Assembly (NCBI GenBank): GCA_046542505.1
Contig: JBKHBH010000014.1
Span: forward strand, 1-34,728
Origin: Thermovirgaceae bacterium
GTDB lineage: Bacteria > Synergistota > Synergistia > Synergistales > Thermovirgaceae
Length of the DNA: 34,728 nucleotides
Direction of reading: 5' to 3'
The first letter of the stretch is position 1. Each line of letters begins with the position of its first letter. The notes beneath the pieces are model-generated. The model saw only the letters and a list, made by a program, of their open reading frames with translations, did not search any database and was not told the origin of the DNA. Shown here one piece after another: positions 18,409 through 27,824 of the stretch. A program made the position numbers and the translations under genes.

Positions 18409-20511
18409 ATGACCGTTTTCACGGATCTTGCGAAGCTGCTGGAGCCTGAATCCGTTGCAATCGTCGGCGCTTCAGAAAACCTCGAAAGCATTTCCGGAAG
18501 GCCGCTGAAACTGCTTCGCCGCTTTGGTTACGGTGGCAGGATATACCCGGTGAATCCGAAACATGACGAGATAGACGGTCTGACCTGCTATCGGGATCTT
18601 GAGAGTTTGCCTGAAGTCCCGGATGTGGTGCTTATCGGGGTTCGGGCCAAAATCGTGCCGGAAATCGTAGAGCAGTGCAACGTCCTCAGCGTGCCCTTTG
18701 CCGTCATCTTCTCCTCTGGTTTTGCCGAAAGCGAGGATTATAAGGGTCAAAACAGGCTTATGGCGGCTGTGCAGCGGGGGCCGACGAGAGTTCTCGGTCC
18801 CAACTGCCAGGGGCTCGTAAATTTTGTGTCCGGCATTCCCCTGAGCTTCTCCGCTTCGCTCGATACCGAGAAGTGGGCAAAAGGCCATGTGGCCTACGTG
18901 TCCCAGAGCGGGGCCTTCGGATACGCTTCCTTTGCCATGGCCGCCGAGCGCGGGGTGGGATTCCGGTACGTAGTAACCACCGGCAACCAGACGGACCTCG
19001 ATGTGGTGGATTTCGGTGATGCCTTCCTTGAAGATCCCGAGGTCCGGCTGCTTGTCTTGTACCTCGAGGGTATAAAAACGGGAAGCCGCCTGATTGGCCT
19101 GCTCAAGAAGGCTGAAAAAAAGGGCATCCCCGTGGCCGTTCTCAAGGTGGGCGGCAGCCCGACGGGGCAGGAGGCAGCCAAAAGCCATACTGCCGCGGTA
19201 ACCGGAGACAGGGTCGTTTGGGAGACGGTTCTCAAACAATACGGAGCCATGGAGATTGATGACGTGGAAGACATCGTCGACCTTGGAAAGGTCTTTGGTG
19301 TGCTTCCCCGCGCCGGGGGAAACAGGCTGGGAATTCTTACGACCTCAGGCGGTGCGGGTATCATAATGGCCGACAGGGCCTGGGAGAAAGGTCTCCAGGT
19401 CCCGGAGCTCTCTCCCGGGGTGCGGAGTAAAATCGAAAAGTATATTCCTTCTTTCGGGTCATCCAGGAACCCCGTCGACCTGACGGCCCAGGTCATAAAC
19501 GAGCCCGAAGGATTTTCAGAGTGCGTCAGAACCGTATTGGAATCACCTGAAACGGATATGGTCGTGGTTGTCCTTTCCATGATAACCGGCGCGTCCGGGA
19601 AGAAACTTGCCGATGATATCATTGACATCTCTGCCGTGTCAGAAAAACCCATGGCCGTATGCTGGCTCATTGATAAAGAGCATGGAGGCACATTTCTTTC
19701 ACTTCTCCGCAATGCAGGAATACCGCTTTTTCAGAGCCCGAGAAGGTGTGCCGGAGCACTTGCCAGGCTCACAGAGGGTGACAAGTCGCCTGATGGTGAG
19801 TGCGAGCCGAAGCCGGCTCAAAAGAAGCCGCTTGCGGGATTGTTACCGGAAACTCCCACGGAATATGATGCGAAACGACTTTTGGCCGAATATGGTGTTT
19901 CAGTCACGCAAGAAAGACTGTGCGGTTCCCTGTCCGAGGCTTTAGGAGCGGCCGAGGAGATCGGTTACCCCGTGGCCCTGAAGATCATGTCCCCCGATAT
20001 CATTCACAAGACGGAGGCAGGTATCGTATCGCTGAACCTTAACTCAGAGGAAGAAGTGAGAAACGCCTACGGAAGGCTCATGGAACGCGCTGGAAAGGCC
20101 GTTCCGGGGGCAACCATCCAGGGGGTGCTGATCCAGGAGATGGTCACCGGCGGAGTGGAGTGCATGATCGGCGTCAAGCGGGACCCCCTGTTCGGGCCGG
20201 TGGTGGTGGCAGGGCTCGGTGGGATTTACGTGGAAATCCTTCAGGACCTGGCGCTGAGACATGCTCCCGTGAACAAAAAAGCAGCGATGACCATGCTCTC
20301 GGAACTGAAGGGATATCCCCTTCTTGCCGGTGCACGGGGCCGTTCAAGGCTTGACATCGAGTCTCTTGCCGATACTATCGTCAGGATTTCGTCTCTTGCC
20401 TGCAATGAGGAGGAACTCCAGGAGCTTGACGTAAACCCCGTTTTCGTCTTCGAACAGGGCAAGGGCGTCAAGGCCGTCGACGCCGTTGTCGTGAGGAGAG
20501 GCTCTGCGTGA
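18409..20511 (+). CDS. ADP-forming acetate/acyl-CoA ligase, fused alpha-beta
   Basis: VAIVGAS, GPNCQG, SQSGA, SHT phospho-His motif, TTSGG, NPVD; ATP-grasp part GYPVALK...HKTEAG, DPLFGP, LDVNP. Confidence 0.93.
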   Translation: MTVFTDLAKLLEPESVAIVGASENLESISGRPLKLLRRFGYGGRIYPVNPKHDEIDGLTCYRDLESLPEVPDVVLIGVRAKIVPEIVEQCNVLSVPFAVIFSSGFAESEDYKGQNRLMAAVQRGPTRVLGPNCQGLVNFVSGIPLSFSASLDTEKWAKGHVAYVSQSGAFGYASFAMAAERGVGFRYVVTTGNQTDLDVVDFGDAFLEDPEVRLLVLYLEGIKTGSRLIGLLKKAEKKGIPVAVLKVGGSPTGQEAAKSHTAAVTGDRVVWETVLKQYGAMEIDDVEDIVDLGKVFGVLPRAGGNRLGILTTSGGAGIIMADRAWEKGLQVPELSPGVRSKIEKYIPSFGSSRNPVDLTAQVINEPEGFSECVRTVLESPETDMVVVVLSMITGASGKKLADDIIDISAVSEKPMAVCWLIDKEHGGTFLSLLRNAGIPLFQSPRRCAGALARLTEGDKSPDGECEPKPAQKKPLAGLLPETPTEYDAKRLLAEYGVSVTQERLCGSLSEALGAAEEIGYPVALKIMSPDIIHKTEAGIVSLNLNSEEEVRNAYGRLMERAGKAVPGATIQGVLIQEMVTGGVECMIGVKRDPLFGPVVVAGLGGIYVEILQDLALRHAPVNKKAAMTMLSELKGYPLLAGARGRSRLDIESLADTIVRISSLACNEEELQELDVNPVFVFEQGKGVKAVDAVVVRRGSA

Positions 20512-21098
20512 GTGTGTTTTGGCTGCTTGTGATTGCCGGGTATCTCTTTGGATCGATTCCGGCGGGATACCTGGCTGTTATGTGGAAAAAAGGAATAGAT
20601 ATACGGATCGTCGGATCCGGGAATATCGGCGCCACAAACGTGGGGAGAATCCTCGGCAGAAAATGGTCCATAGCCGTGGCGGCTTTCGATATGGTCAAAG
20701 GAGGCGTTGTGCTGATCGCCGGAATGGCCGCTGGATTAACGGATCCCCTCATCCTGGGCCTTTCCGGTTTTGCCGCCGTCATTGGGCACGATTATCCCTT
20801 CTGGCTTCGCTTCAGGGGCGGCAAGGGTATATCGACGACCTACGGCGCTGTTTTCGTACTGAACCCTATAGCGGCCCTCGGGGCCGGGGCAGTCTGGTAC
20901 GCCATTCTCAGGCTGAGCGGATATGTTTCGGTGGCCTCTATTGTTTCCCTCTGGTTTATTCCGGTTTTCATGATATTCCTCGCCGAACCCTTCGCCTATG
21001 TAGTTTCCTGTGTCGCCCTGGCCGCACTTGCCGTTTTGAGACATTCTGAAAACATCAGAAAGATTCGCGAAGGGACCGAGGCCAAAGTCGGTCGTTAA
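20508..21098 (+). CDS. plsY: Glycerol-3-phosphate acyltransferase
   Basis: GYLFGSIP, GSGNIGATN, GHDYP, FRGGKG, RHSENI. Confidence 0.95.
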   Translation: MSVFWLLVIAGYLFGSIPAGYLAVMWKKGIDIRIVGSGNIGATNVGRILGRKWSIAVAAFDMVKGGVVLIAGMAAGLTDPLILGLSGFAAVIGHDYPFWLRFRGGKGISTTYGAVFVLNPIAALGAGAVWYAILRLSGYVSVASIVSLWFIPVFMIFLAEPFAYVVSCVALAALAVLRHSENIRKIREGTEAKVGR

Positions 21099-21165
21099 AT
21101 GTCCCCAGGCAGTCCTTACGGAGGTCACCCGCATTCTTCTTCATGTTCGTTATTCTGACTCATGG

Positions 21166-21219
21166 GGGTGACATTTTCCCTGTCCCCTTAAAGGGTGACA
21201 TTATCCCTGTCCGGTCACA
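21166..21219. mobile_element. Solo terminal repeat of the same IS-like element, copy 2
   Basis: One mismatch to 1-54; located between plsY and the ctsR promoter; no transposase nearby. Confidence 0.7.
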
Positions 21220-21235
21220 AAACCCCTGAATCGAA

Positions 21236-21288
21236 ATTGACTTATTCTGACCATTAACATATAATGGCGACCGTCAACTTAGGTCAAA
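21236..21288. promoter_or_regulatory. Two CtsR operators in opposite orientation
   Basis: Minus strand 21236-21252 reads GGTCAGA-ATA-AGTCAAT; plus strand 21272-21288 reads CGTCAAC-TTA-GGTCAAA. Both resemble the RGTCAAA-N3-RGTCAAA heptad repeat. Confidence 0.75.
21237..21265 (+). promoter_or_regulatory. sigma70/sigmaA promoter of the ctsR operon
   Basis: TTGACT (21237-21242), 17 bp, TATAAT (21260-21265). Confidence 0.85.
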
Positions 21289-21302
21289 AAGGAGGTCCTG
21301 CC

Positions 21303-21782
21303 GTGGCCAGCCTTACGCATGTCATCGAGCGGCATATACAGGAGCTTCTCGAACGAACCGAGAAGGATTCCGTGTTCTTGAGCAGGAAGGATCTTGCCGA
21401 ACGTTTCGGGTGTGTCCCCAGTCAGATCAACTACGTCATCCGGAGCCGTTTTACACCGGAACGCGGGTATCTCGTCGAGAGCCAGCGCGGGGGACACGGC
21501 TACATACGGATCATCCGCCTGTGCCTGAAAATGCCTGAAGAGCGGGCGAACCATATCGATGAACTCGTAGGCGATGTGATTAGCGAACAGGAAATCAAAA
21601 AGCTTCTGGCAAATCTCCAGGACAGGGAGATGCTGACCGTCCGCGAACGTCTGCTGATGGAGATCGCCGTCCGTTTCCAGGAACAGATATCGAGAGAGAT
21701 TTTCGACCTCTCGCCTTTCAAGAGGGACGCACTGCACGCCGAATTGCTTAAACGGCTCCTCAGAAGCCTCGTTCTTCAGTAA
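21303..21782 (+). CDS. ctsR: Heat-shock repressor CtsR
   Basis: FGCVPSQINYVIRSRFT and VESQRGGHGYIRI; start at GTG 21303 after GGAGG. Confidence 0.95.
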   Translation: MASLTHVIERHIQELLERTEKDSVFLSRKDLAERFGCVPSQINYVIRSRFTPERGYLVESQRGGHGYIRIIRLCLKMPEERANHIDELVGDVISEQEIKKLLANLQDREMLTVRERLLMEIAVRFQEQISREIFDLSPFKRDALHAELLKRLLRSLVLQ

Positions 21783-21793
21783 GAGGTGTTCAC

Positions 21794-22315
21794 ATGCTTT
21801 GTGAGAGGTGTCATAAACGGGAAGCGCAGGTCCACATAAAACACATGAAAAACGGTGCTGTCGTGGAGTACCATTTATGCCACCAGTGTGCACAGGATAT
21901 GAGTCAGCAAGGCATGTTGCCTGAAGTCCCGATGGAGTTCCCCTTTGAAAACTTCCTGGGGAACCTGTTTCCCGTGAAACTCCAGAAACAGGCGGAATCC
22001 ATTACGCAAGGACAGGAACCGAAAACCACTTGTCCCAGGTGCGGCCTGCATTCCGGGGAGTTCTCCAAAACGGGAAAATTTGGATGTGCCGCCTGTTACG
22101 ATACTTTCAGGCCAAGCGTACGGCAATTGCTCCGCCGCATTCACGGGAGCGAGATCCACAGGGGATCCAGGCCTTCTGTGAGGTCCTCCGCGCAGCCCGT
22201 GGATGATCTGGAGTCTCTCAAAAAACTCCTCAGGGAGGCCGTTGAAAAGGAAGAATACGAACGAGCCGCGGTGCTCAGGGACCGAATCAGGCTCCGGGAG
22301 GAAAAGGATTCATGA
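21794..22315 (+). CDS. mcsA: Protein-arginine kinase activator McsA
   Basis: Four CxxC motifs and a C-terminal UVR motif EEYERAAVLRDRI; operon position. Confidence 0.95.
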   Translation: MLCERCHKREAQVHIKHMKNGAVVEYHLCHQCAQDMSQQGMLPEVPMEFPFENFLGNLFPVKLQKQAESITQGQEPKTTCPRCGLHSGEFSKTGKFGCAACYDTFRPSVRQLLRRIHGSEIHRGSRPSVRSSAQPVDDLESLKKLLREAVEKEEYERAAVLRDRIRLREEKDS

Positions 22316-23361
22316 GCTGCGCGGGTTTCGCTTCACTGCCTTTGGAGTGGCTCTCGGGAGGGAAGGACCAAAGCGACATCGTCCTGTCCAGCCGGAAACG
22401 CCTTGCGAGAAACCTCGGGGAGTATCCCTTTCCGGCCCGATGTGATGACAGGACTCGGCGGGAAGTGTCCCGGAGGGTCCTGGACAGGCTCTCGGAAACG
22501 CCTGTCATCAACGTTTCCGGAACGTGGGAGATGGATGACCTTGACGACATGAAGCGGGAAGTGCTGGTGGAGCGCCATCTGATAAGCCCGGATTTCTCGC
22601 GTCAGACAGGCGGCGGGAAGGTCGCTGTCGTCGATGAGAGTGGGATCGTGTCTCTCATGATAAACGAGGAGGATCACCTCCGGATCCAGGTGTTTCTCGG
22701 AGGGCTCGATTTTCACGAGTGCCAGCGAATCGCCGGCAGGGTGGATTCAGCCCTGGAAGAACTGGGATACGCCTTTGACGAGGAATTCGGTTATCTGACG
22801 GCGTGCCCGACCAACACGGGAACCGGGCTCCGTGCATCGGCGATGTTACATATCCCCGGGCTCGAGATCAAAAGAAGGCTAGGGAAAATCATTCGGGAAT
22901 GCAATCGTGTCGGACTGACTGTCCGTGGGATGTACGGGGAAGGAAGCGAGTCCATTGGAGCCCTGTTTCAGGTTTCGAACCAGGTCACACTGGGACAGCG
23001 GGAAGATGAATTGATCGAAAAAGTCTCCGGAGTTATCGCGAGCGTGGTTCAGCAGGAGCGCGCCGCCCGGTTGGCCATCAGGGAAAGCGACAGCGAAAAA
23101 CTCGAGGACAAGATGTGGAGAGCGTGGGGCATTGTCCGGTATGCCAGGAGCATAGACATTCGGGAAGCAATGCAGATGCTCTCGTGGATCAGAATGGGTT
23201 CCGAAATGGGAATTTTACCGAAGATTTCTCCAGGAGACTGGAACAGTCTCGTGCTCGAAATCCAGCCGGCCCATCTCCAGTGCTTCGAGGGAAGACGACT
23301 CAAGGAGCAGGAGATATCGAGCGCAAGGGCGACCCTCTTGAGGGAACGCCTCGGAACCTGA
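22312..23361 (+). CDS. mcsB: Protein arginine kinase McsB
   Basis: RLARN, INEEDHLRIQ, LTACPTNTGTGLRAS, QVSNQVTLG. Confidence 0.95.
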   Translation: MSCAGFASLPLEWLSGGKDQSDIVLSSRKRLARNLGEYPFPARCDDRTRREVSRRVLDRLSETPVINVSGTWEMDDLDDMKREVLVERHLISPDFSRQTGGGKVAVVDESGIVSLMINEEDHLRIQVFLGGLDFHECQRIAGRVDSALEELGYAFDEEFGYLTACPTNTGTGLRASAMLHIPGLEIKRRLGKIIRECNRVGLTVRGMYGEGSESIGALFQVSNQVTLGQREDELIEKVSGVIASVVQQERAARLAIRESDSEKLEDKMWRAWGIVRYARSIDIREAMQMLSWIRMGSEMGILPKISPGDWNSLVLEIQPAHLQCFEGRRLKEQEISSARATLLRERLGT

Positions 23362-23395
23362 AAAATTTTTGGACGAAATACTGGAGGGAAAGGGC

Positions 23396-25888
23396 ATGTG
23401 GCAGTTTTTCACCGAACGAGGAAAGAAAGTGATCCAGCTGGCCCATAAGGAGGCTCTAAGGCTTGGACATGATGTTATAGGCACGGAACATATCCTGCTT
23501 GGGCTCGTCGCCGAGGGAGAGGGCGTCGCCGCACAGGTTCTGGCGGCATTCGGTGTCGGTGCCGAGGAGGTCACTCAACGGGTAGAGCAGATCGTGGGCA
23601 GGGGGGAAACAAAGAGCAAGCCCGTTGACCTGCCCCTCAGTCCGAGGGCGAAGCGCGTTCTGGACCTCGCCATGCGGGAGGCCCGGAACATGGGCGTCAA
23701 TTACGTTGGTACGGAGCACATATTGCTGGGGCTTATTTCAGAAGGCGAGGGCATCGCCGCCCAGGTACTCTTGTCCATGGACCTTGACCTTCAGAAGGTG
23801 CGTACGGAGATCCAGTCTGTCCTTTCCGGTGGCGAGCACGGCAACGAGACAGACCGTGAATCCGGCGAAACCACCGGCAAGGGCGCGAGCCGGTCGAGAA
23901 CGCCTACCTTGGACCAGCTCGGAATCGTCCTCACTGACATGGCTTCGTCGGGTGAACTGGATCCAGTCATCGGCAGGAACAAGGAGATCCAGAGGGTCAT
24001 CCAGGTCCTGTCCAGGAGGAAGAAAAACAACCCCGTCCTCATAGGAGACCCTGGGGTCGGGAAGACATCCATAGTCGAGGGCCTGGCTCAGAAGGTTATA
24101 TCCGGCGATGTGCCCGAGGTACTCAAGGGCAAGCGCGTGGTACAGCTCAACGTGGGCAACCTCGTGGCCGGAACCAAATATCGCGGGGAATTCGAGGAAC
24201 GGATGAGGAAGTTGGTCAAGGAGCTCAGGGATTGCCGTGACGTGATCCTCTTTATCGACGAGATTCACACCATCGTAGGTGCCGGGGGAGCTGAAGGCGC
24301 CGTGGACGCGGCAAACATTCTCAAGCCAAGCCTCGCCAGGGGCGAGTTCCAGGTCATCGGGGCCACGACCCTTGAGGAGTACCGGAAGCACATCGAAAAG
24401 GACGCAGCACTGGAGCGTCGGTTCCAGCCTGTTATGGTCGAAGAGCCCAGCGTGGAGGATTCCGTACGGATACTTGAGGGTCTGAGGGATCGGTACGAAG
24501 CCCATCACAGGGCAAAGATCACCGACGGAGCTCTTTCCGCGGCAGCGCGTCTCTCGGAGCGGTACATAACGGAGCGGTTCCTTCCCGACAAGGCCATAGA
24601 CCTTATCGACGAGGCTGCAGCCAGGGCGAGGCTCAAGACCATGGAACTCCCCGAGGATATCAAGGCCAGGGAAAAGGAACTGGAATCCCTCAGAAAAGAA
24701 AAGGAAGCGGCCGTGACAGCCCAGGAGTTCGAAAAAGCGGCGAGTTTCAGGGACAAGGAACGGCGGCTCTCAGAGGAAATCGAAAAAAGCCGGCAGGAAT
24801 GGCAGAAGCGGCGTCATAATGAGGAACCCGTTGTCGATTCCGAACAGATAGCGCAGATCGTCGGCGAATGGACGGGCATCCCTGTCGTGCAGCTGACCGA
24901 GGAAGAATCAAGCCGACTACTCCGCATGGAAGAAGAGATTCACAAGCGGATGGTCGACCAGGTAGAGGCCGTCAACGCCGTAGCCAGGTCCATCAGGCGG
25001 GCCAGGAGCGGTCTCAAGGATCCCAAGCGGCCCATTGGAAGCTTCCTCTTTCTCGGGCCCACCGGTGTGGGCAAGACGGAACTGGCCCGTTCTTTGGCGG
25101 AGTTTCTCTTCGGAAGCGAGAATTCCATGGTCCGTTTCGACATGAGTGAATACATGGAGCGCCATGAAGTGGCCAAACTGATCGGAGCGCCTCCCGGATA
25201 CGTCGGCTACGAGGAGGGAGGAAAGCTTACCGAGGCCCTGAGGAGGCGGCCATATTCGGTGATCCTCTTCGACGAGATTGAAAAGGCCCATCCCGACGTT
25301 TTCAACATTCTTCTGCAGATTCTCGAAGACGGGCGACTCACTGATGGTCAGGGGCATACCGTGGATTTCAGGAACAGCGTGATCATCATGACGAGCAACA
25401 TAGGTGCCCAGGATCTCATGAAGGGACGCTCGCTGGGTTTCACCGCAGCGGAAAGTGCCGACGTGGACCTGGACAAGATGAAGACCAGCATCATGGAGGC
25501 CGTCAGGAAGACCTTCAGGCCCGAGTTCATCAACAGGGTGGATGACATCATCATCTTCAAGCCCCTCGGACGGGATGAGCTTCTCAAGATTCTCGAGATA
25601 ATGCTTGAGGAAGTCGGTCACAGGCTCGAGGATCAGGGAATAACAATAGATGTCCCCGAAAAAACCAGGGCGAAGCTCCTCGAAATCGGGTACGATCCCA
25701 AATTCGGCGCAAGGCCCCTGCGAAGAACGCTCCAAAAGTCCATAGAGGATCCCCTGGCGGATCTTATGCTCGAAGGCGGCATAGAAAAAAACAGTAGGGT
25801 TCGGGTTTCCGTCGAAAAAGGGGAATTCTCTTTTGAGACGGTGGAAAGGAAAAATACGCCACCAAAGAAGGAATCCGCAAAGGATTAG
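23396..25888 (+). CDS. clpC: ATP-dependent Clp protease ATPase ClpC
   Basis: Two Clp N-terminal repeats, Walker A motifs GDPGVGKT and [11 protein letters not shown] middle domain, LGF ClpP-docking loop; start at ATG 23396. Confidence 0.97.
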   Translation: MWQFFTERGKKVIQLAHKEALRLGHDVIGTEHILLGLVAEGEGVAAQVLAAFGVGAEEVTQRVEQIVGRGETKSKPVDLPLSPRAKRVLDLAMREARNMGVNYVGTEHILLGLISEGEGIAAQVLLSMDLDLQKVRTEIQSVLSGGEHGNETDRESGETTGKGASRSRTPTLDQLGIVLTDMASSGELDPVIGRNKEIQRVIQVLSRRKKNNPVLIGDPGVGKTSIVEGLAQKVISGDVPEVLKGKRVVQLNVGNLVAGTKYRGEFEERMRKLVKELRDCRDVILFIDEIHTIVGAGGAEGAVDAANILKPSLARGEFQVIGATTLEEYRKHIEKDAALERRFQPVMVEEPSVEDSVRILEGLRDRYEAHHRAKITDGALSAAARLSERYITERFLPDKAIDLIDEAAARARLKTMELPEDIKAREKELESLRKEKEAAVTAQEFEKAASFRDKERRLSEEIEKSRQEWQKRRHNEEPVVDSEQIAQIVGEWTGIPVVQLTEEESSRLLRMEEEIHKRMVDQVEAVNAVARSIRRARSGLKDPKRPIGSFLFLGPTGVGKTELARSLAEFLFGSENSMVRFDMSEYMERHEVAKLIGAPPGYVGYEEGGKLTEALRRRPYSVILFDEIEKAHPDVFNILLQILEDGRLTDGQGHTVDFRNSVIIMTSNIGAQDLMKGRSLGFTAAESADVDLDKMKTSIMEAVRKTFRPEFINRVDDIIIFKPLGRDELLKILEIMLEEVGHRLEDQGITIDVPEKTRAKLLEIGYDPKFGARPLRRTLQKSIEDPLADLMLEGGIEKNSRVRVSVEKGEFSFETVERKNTPPKKESAKD

Positions 25889-25908
25889 ACCGTGAGCGTA
25901 TGACCGAT

Positions 25909-25950
25909 GAAACCGGGACGGGAATGACGACCGTTCCGGTTTCTGTTATT
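25909..25950 (+). terminator. Probable terminator after clpC
   Basis: 13-bp stem GAAACCGGGACGG/CCGTTCCGGTTTC with a 9-nt loop and a weak tail TGTTATT. Confidence 0.5.
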
Positions 25951-25998
25951 CTGTGACTTCAGGCAAGTGGTAACCCGGAAGGAAAGGAGGAATGTGTA

Positions 25999-26841
25999 TT
26001 GCAAATCAACTTTTTCTGGATCCTGTTGGTGTTCTTTTTTGTCTACCCTTCGATAAAGCAGTGGTATCGTGAAAAATCGAGGGTAAACGCCATCAGGGGT
26101 CTTGAAAAGAAGCGGGGAAGCAGGGTGATCACCCTCATCCACAGACAGGAGAGTGTCGGTTTCTTAGGGATGTTCTCCAAAAGCTACATCAACATTGAGG
26201 ACTCCGAAGAAGTCCTCAGGGCCATCCGACTCACATCAGCGGACACACCCATCGACCTGATCGTCCACACGCCGGGGGGGCTGCTGCTGGCAGCGGAACA
26301 AATCGCGGCGGCATTGAACAAGCATCCTGCCAAGGTGACCGTTTTCGTCCCACATTACGCCATGTCGGGGGGGACTCTTGTTGCCCTTGCGGCCGACGAG
26401 ATTGTCCTGGATGAGCACGCCGTCCTGGGGCCCGTGGATCCGCAGATCGGCCAATACCCGGCGGTGTCTATACTCAAGGCCGTCGGGCAGAAACCTGTAG
26501 CGGAACTTGATGATGAAACCCTTATCCTTGCCGATGTCTCGGGAAAGGCTGTTGTCCAGACCAATCAGTTCGTCAAGGATCTTCTTGTGGACAACGTGTC
26601 CGAGGAAGAAGCAGATCGGCTGGCCACGGTTTTGACCGAAGGGCGCTGGACCCACGATTACCCCATATCAAGCACGGAGGCCAAGCGCCTCGGGATGTTC
26701 GTCAGCACTGAAATGCCAGATGATATCTGTGATATCATGTGCCTTTACCCGCAGACGGGACAGCGTCGTCCTTCGGTGCAGTATGTGCCCCTCCCGTATC
26801 AGGGTTCGCCGAAAAATGGCTCGAAAACGCCGGTAAACTAA
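25999..26841 (+). CDS. SDH-family ClpP-fold serine protease (DUF114)
   Basis: N-terminal TM; RVITLIHRQE, HTPGG, AMSGGT, LGPVDPQ, WTHDYP; AGGAGG RBS. Confidence 0.9.
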   Translation: MQINFFWILLVFFFVYPSIKQWYREKSRVNAIRGLEKKRGSRVITLIHRQESVGFLGMFSKSYINIEDSEEVLRAIRLTSADTPIDLIVHTPGGLLLAAEQIAAALNKHPAKVTVFVPHYAMSGGTLVALAADEIVLDEHAVLGPVDPQIGQYPAVSILKAVGQKPVAELDDETLILADVSGKAVVQTNQFVKDLLVDNVSEEEADRLATVLTEGRWTHDYPISSTEAKRLGMFVSTEMPDDICDIMCLYPQTGQRRPSVQYVPLPYQGSPKNGSKTPVN

Positions 26842-26865
26842 ACTAAAAGAAACAGGAGGAATTTT

Positions 26866-27753
26866 ATGAGCTTTATGTGGAAGAAACAAGGGAAACTGAT
26901 TCTTGCAGTGATTGCGTTCATCCTCGTTGCGGTGATGGCCGGTGCGGCCATTGCGACCGAGGAGAAACCCGTTGTCTCCGTTGAAGAGGACAAGGTGGGC
27001 GAACAGGAGCTGATCGATCTTATCATCCGTCAGACAGGCATCCAGGATCAGATGTTGCCCATTGCCCTTTCGCAGATGTCCCTGGACCAGAGGGAAGAAC
27101 TCGTCGACCAGGTGGTGACGGCACTGCTTTTAAGCCATGCTGCGGTGGAGGAAGGGCTTGAAGATGATGAGGAGGTCGCCTTGACTCTTAAATGGAACAG
27201 GGCGAATGCCCTTGCCCAGGCGTACATTAACAAGATTTCCGAAAAATGGAGCCTCAAAGAGGAGGAACTCGAAAAATTTTACGAAGAAAACAAAGAAGAT
27301 TATGTTGTACCCGATTCGGTTCACGTTCGTCACATCCTCACTGAAACCGAGGAGGAAGCCGCGGAGGTCATGGAGGAGATCGTGGAGGACGAAGCCTCAT
27401 TCGAAGCCGTGGCTGAAGAAAAAAGCATCGATCCCGAAAGTGCCGAAAAAGGCGGAGATTTGGGATGGATAACCAAAGGCCAGACGGTTCCTGTCTTTGA
27501 CGAGCTCGTTTTTTCGATGGAGGAAAACTCCATCGAGGGACCCGTAGAAAGCCGCTTCGGGTGGCATGTTGTCCAGGTTCTGGAGAAAAAACCGGGCCAT
27601 CAGCAAACCTTCGAGGAAGCCCTTTCGCAGGTTCGGGAAGACATCCAGCAATCGTACCTGGCTCAGGAAGTGGATAAACTGAAAGACCGTTACGACGTCG
27701 AAGTCGACACCGAGGCATTATCTAATCTCGGTGGCTTCCCCGCTTCCGAATAG
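26866..27753 (+). CDS. PpiC/parvulin-type peptidyl-prolyl isomerase (PrsA/SurA-like)
   Basis: Signal peptide; VRHIL, GGDLGW, SRFGWHVV; very acidic. Confidence 0.9.
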   Translation: MSFMWKKQGKLILAVIAFILVAVMAGAAIATEEKPVVSVEEDKVGEQELIDLIIRQTGIQDQMLPIALSQMSLDQREELVDQVVTALLLSHAAVEEGLEDDEEVALTLKWNRANALAQAYINKISEKWSLKEEELEKFYEENKEDYVVPDSVHVRHILTETEEEAAEVMEEIVEDEASFEAVAEEKSIDPESAEKGGDLGWITKGQTVPVFDELVFSMEENSIEGPVESRFGWHVVQVLEKKPGHQQTFEEALSQVREDIQQSYLAQEVDKLKDRYDVEVDTEALSNLGGFPASE

Positions 27754-27775
27754 AAACGAAGAAAGTTACAGCTTC

Positions 27776-27820
27776 AAGAAGGTGAGGGCTCCGCAACCAC
27801 GGGGAGCCCTCACCTTCTTT
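27776..27820. terminator. Bidirectional terminator
   Basis: 17-bp inverted repeat AAGAAGGTGAGGGCTCC/GGAGCCCTCACCTTCTT between convergent genes. Confidence 0.8.
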
Positions 27821-27824
27821 GCCT

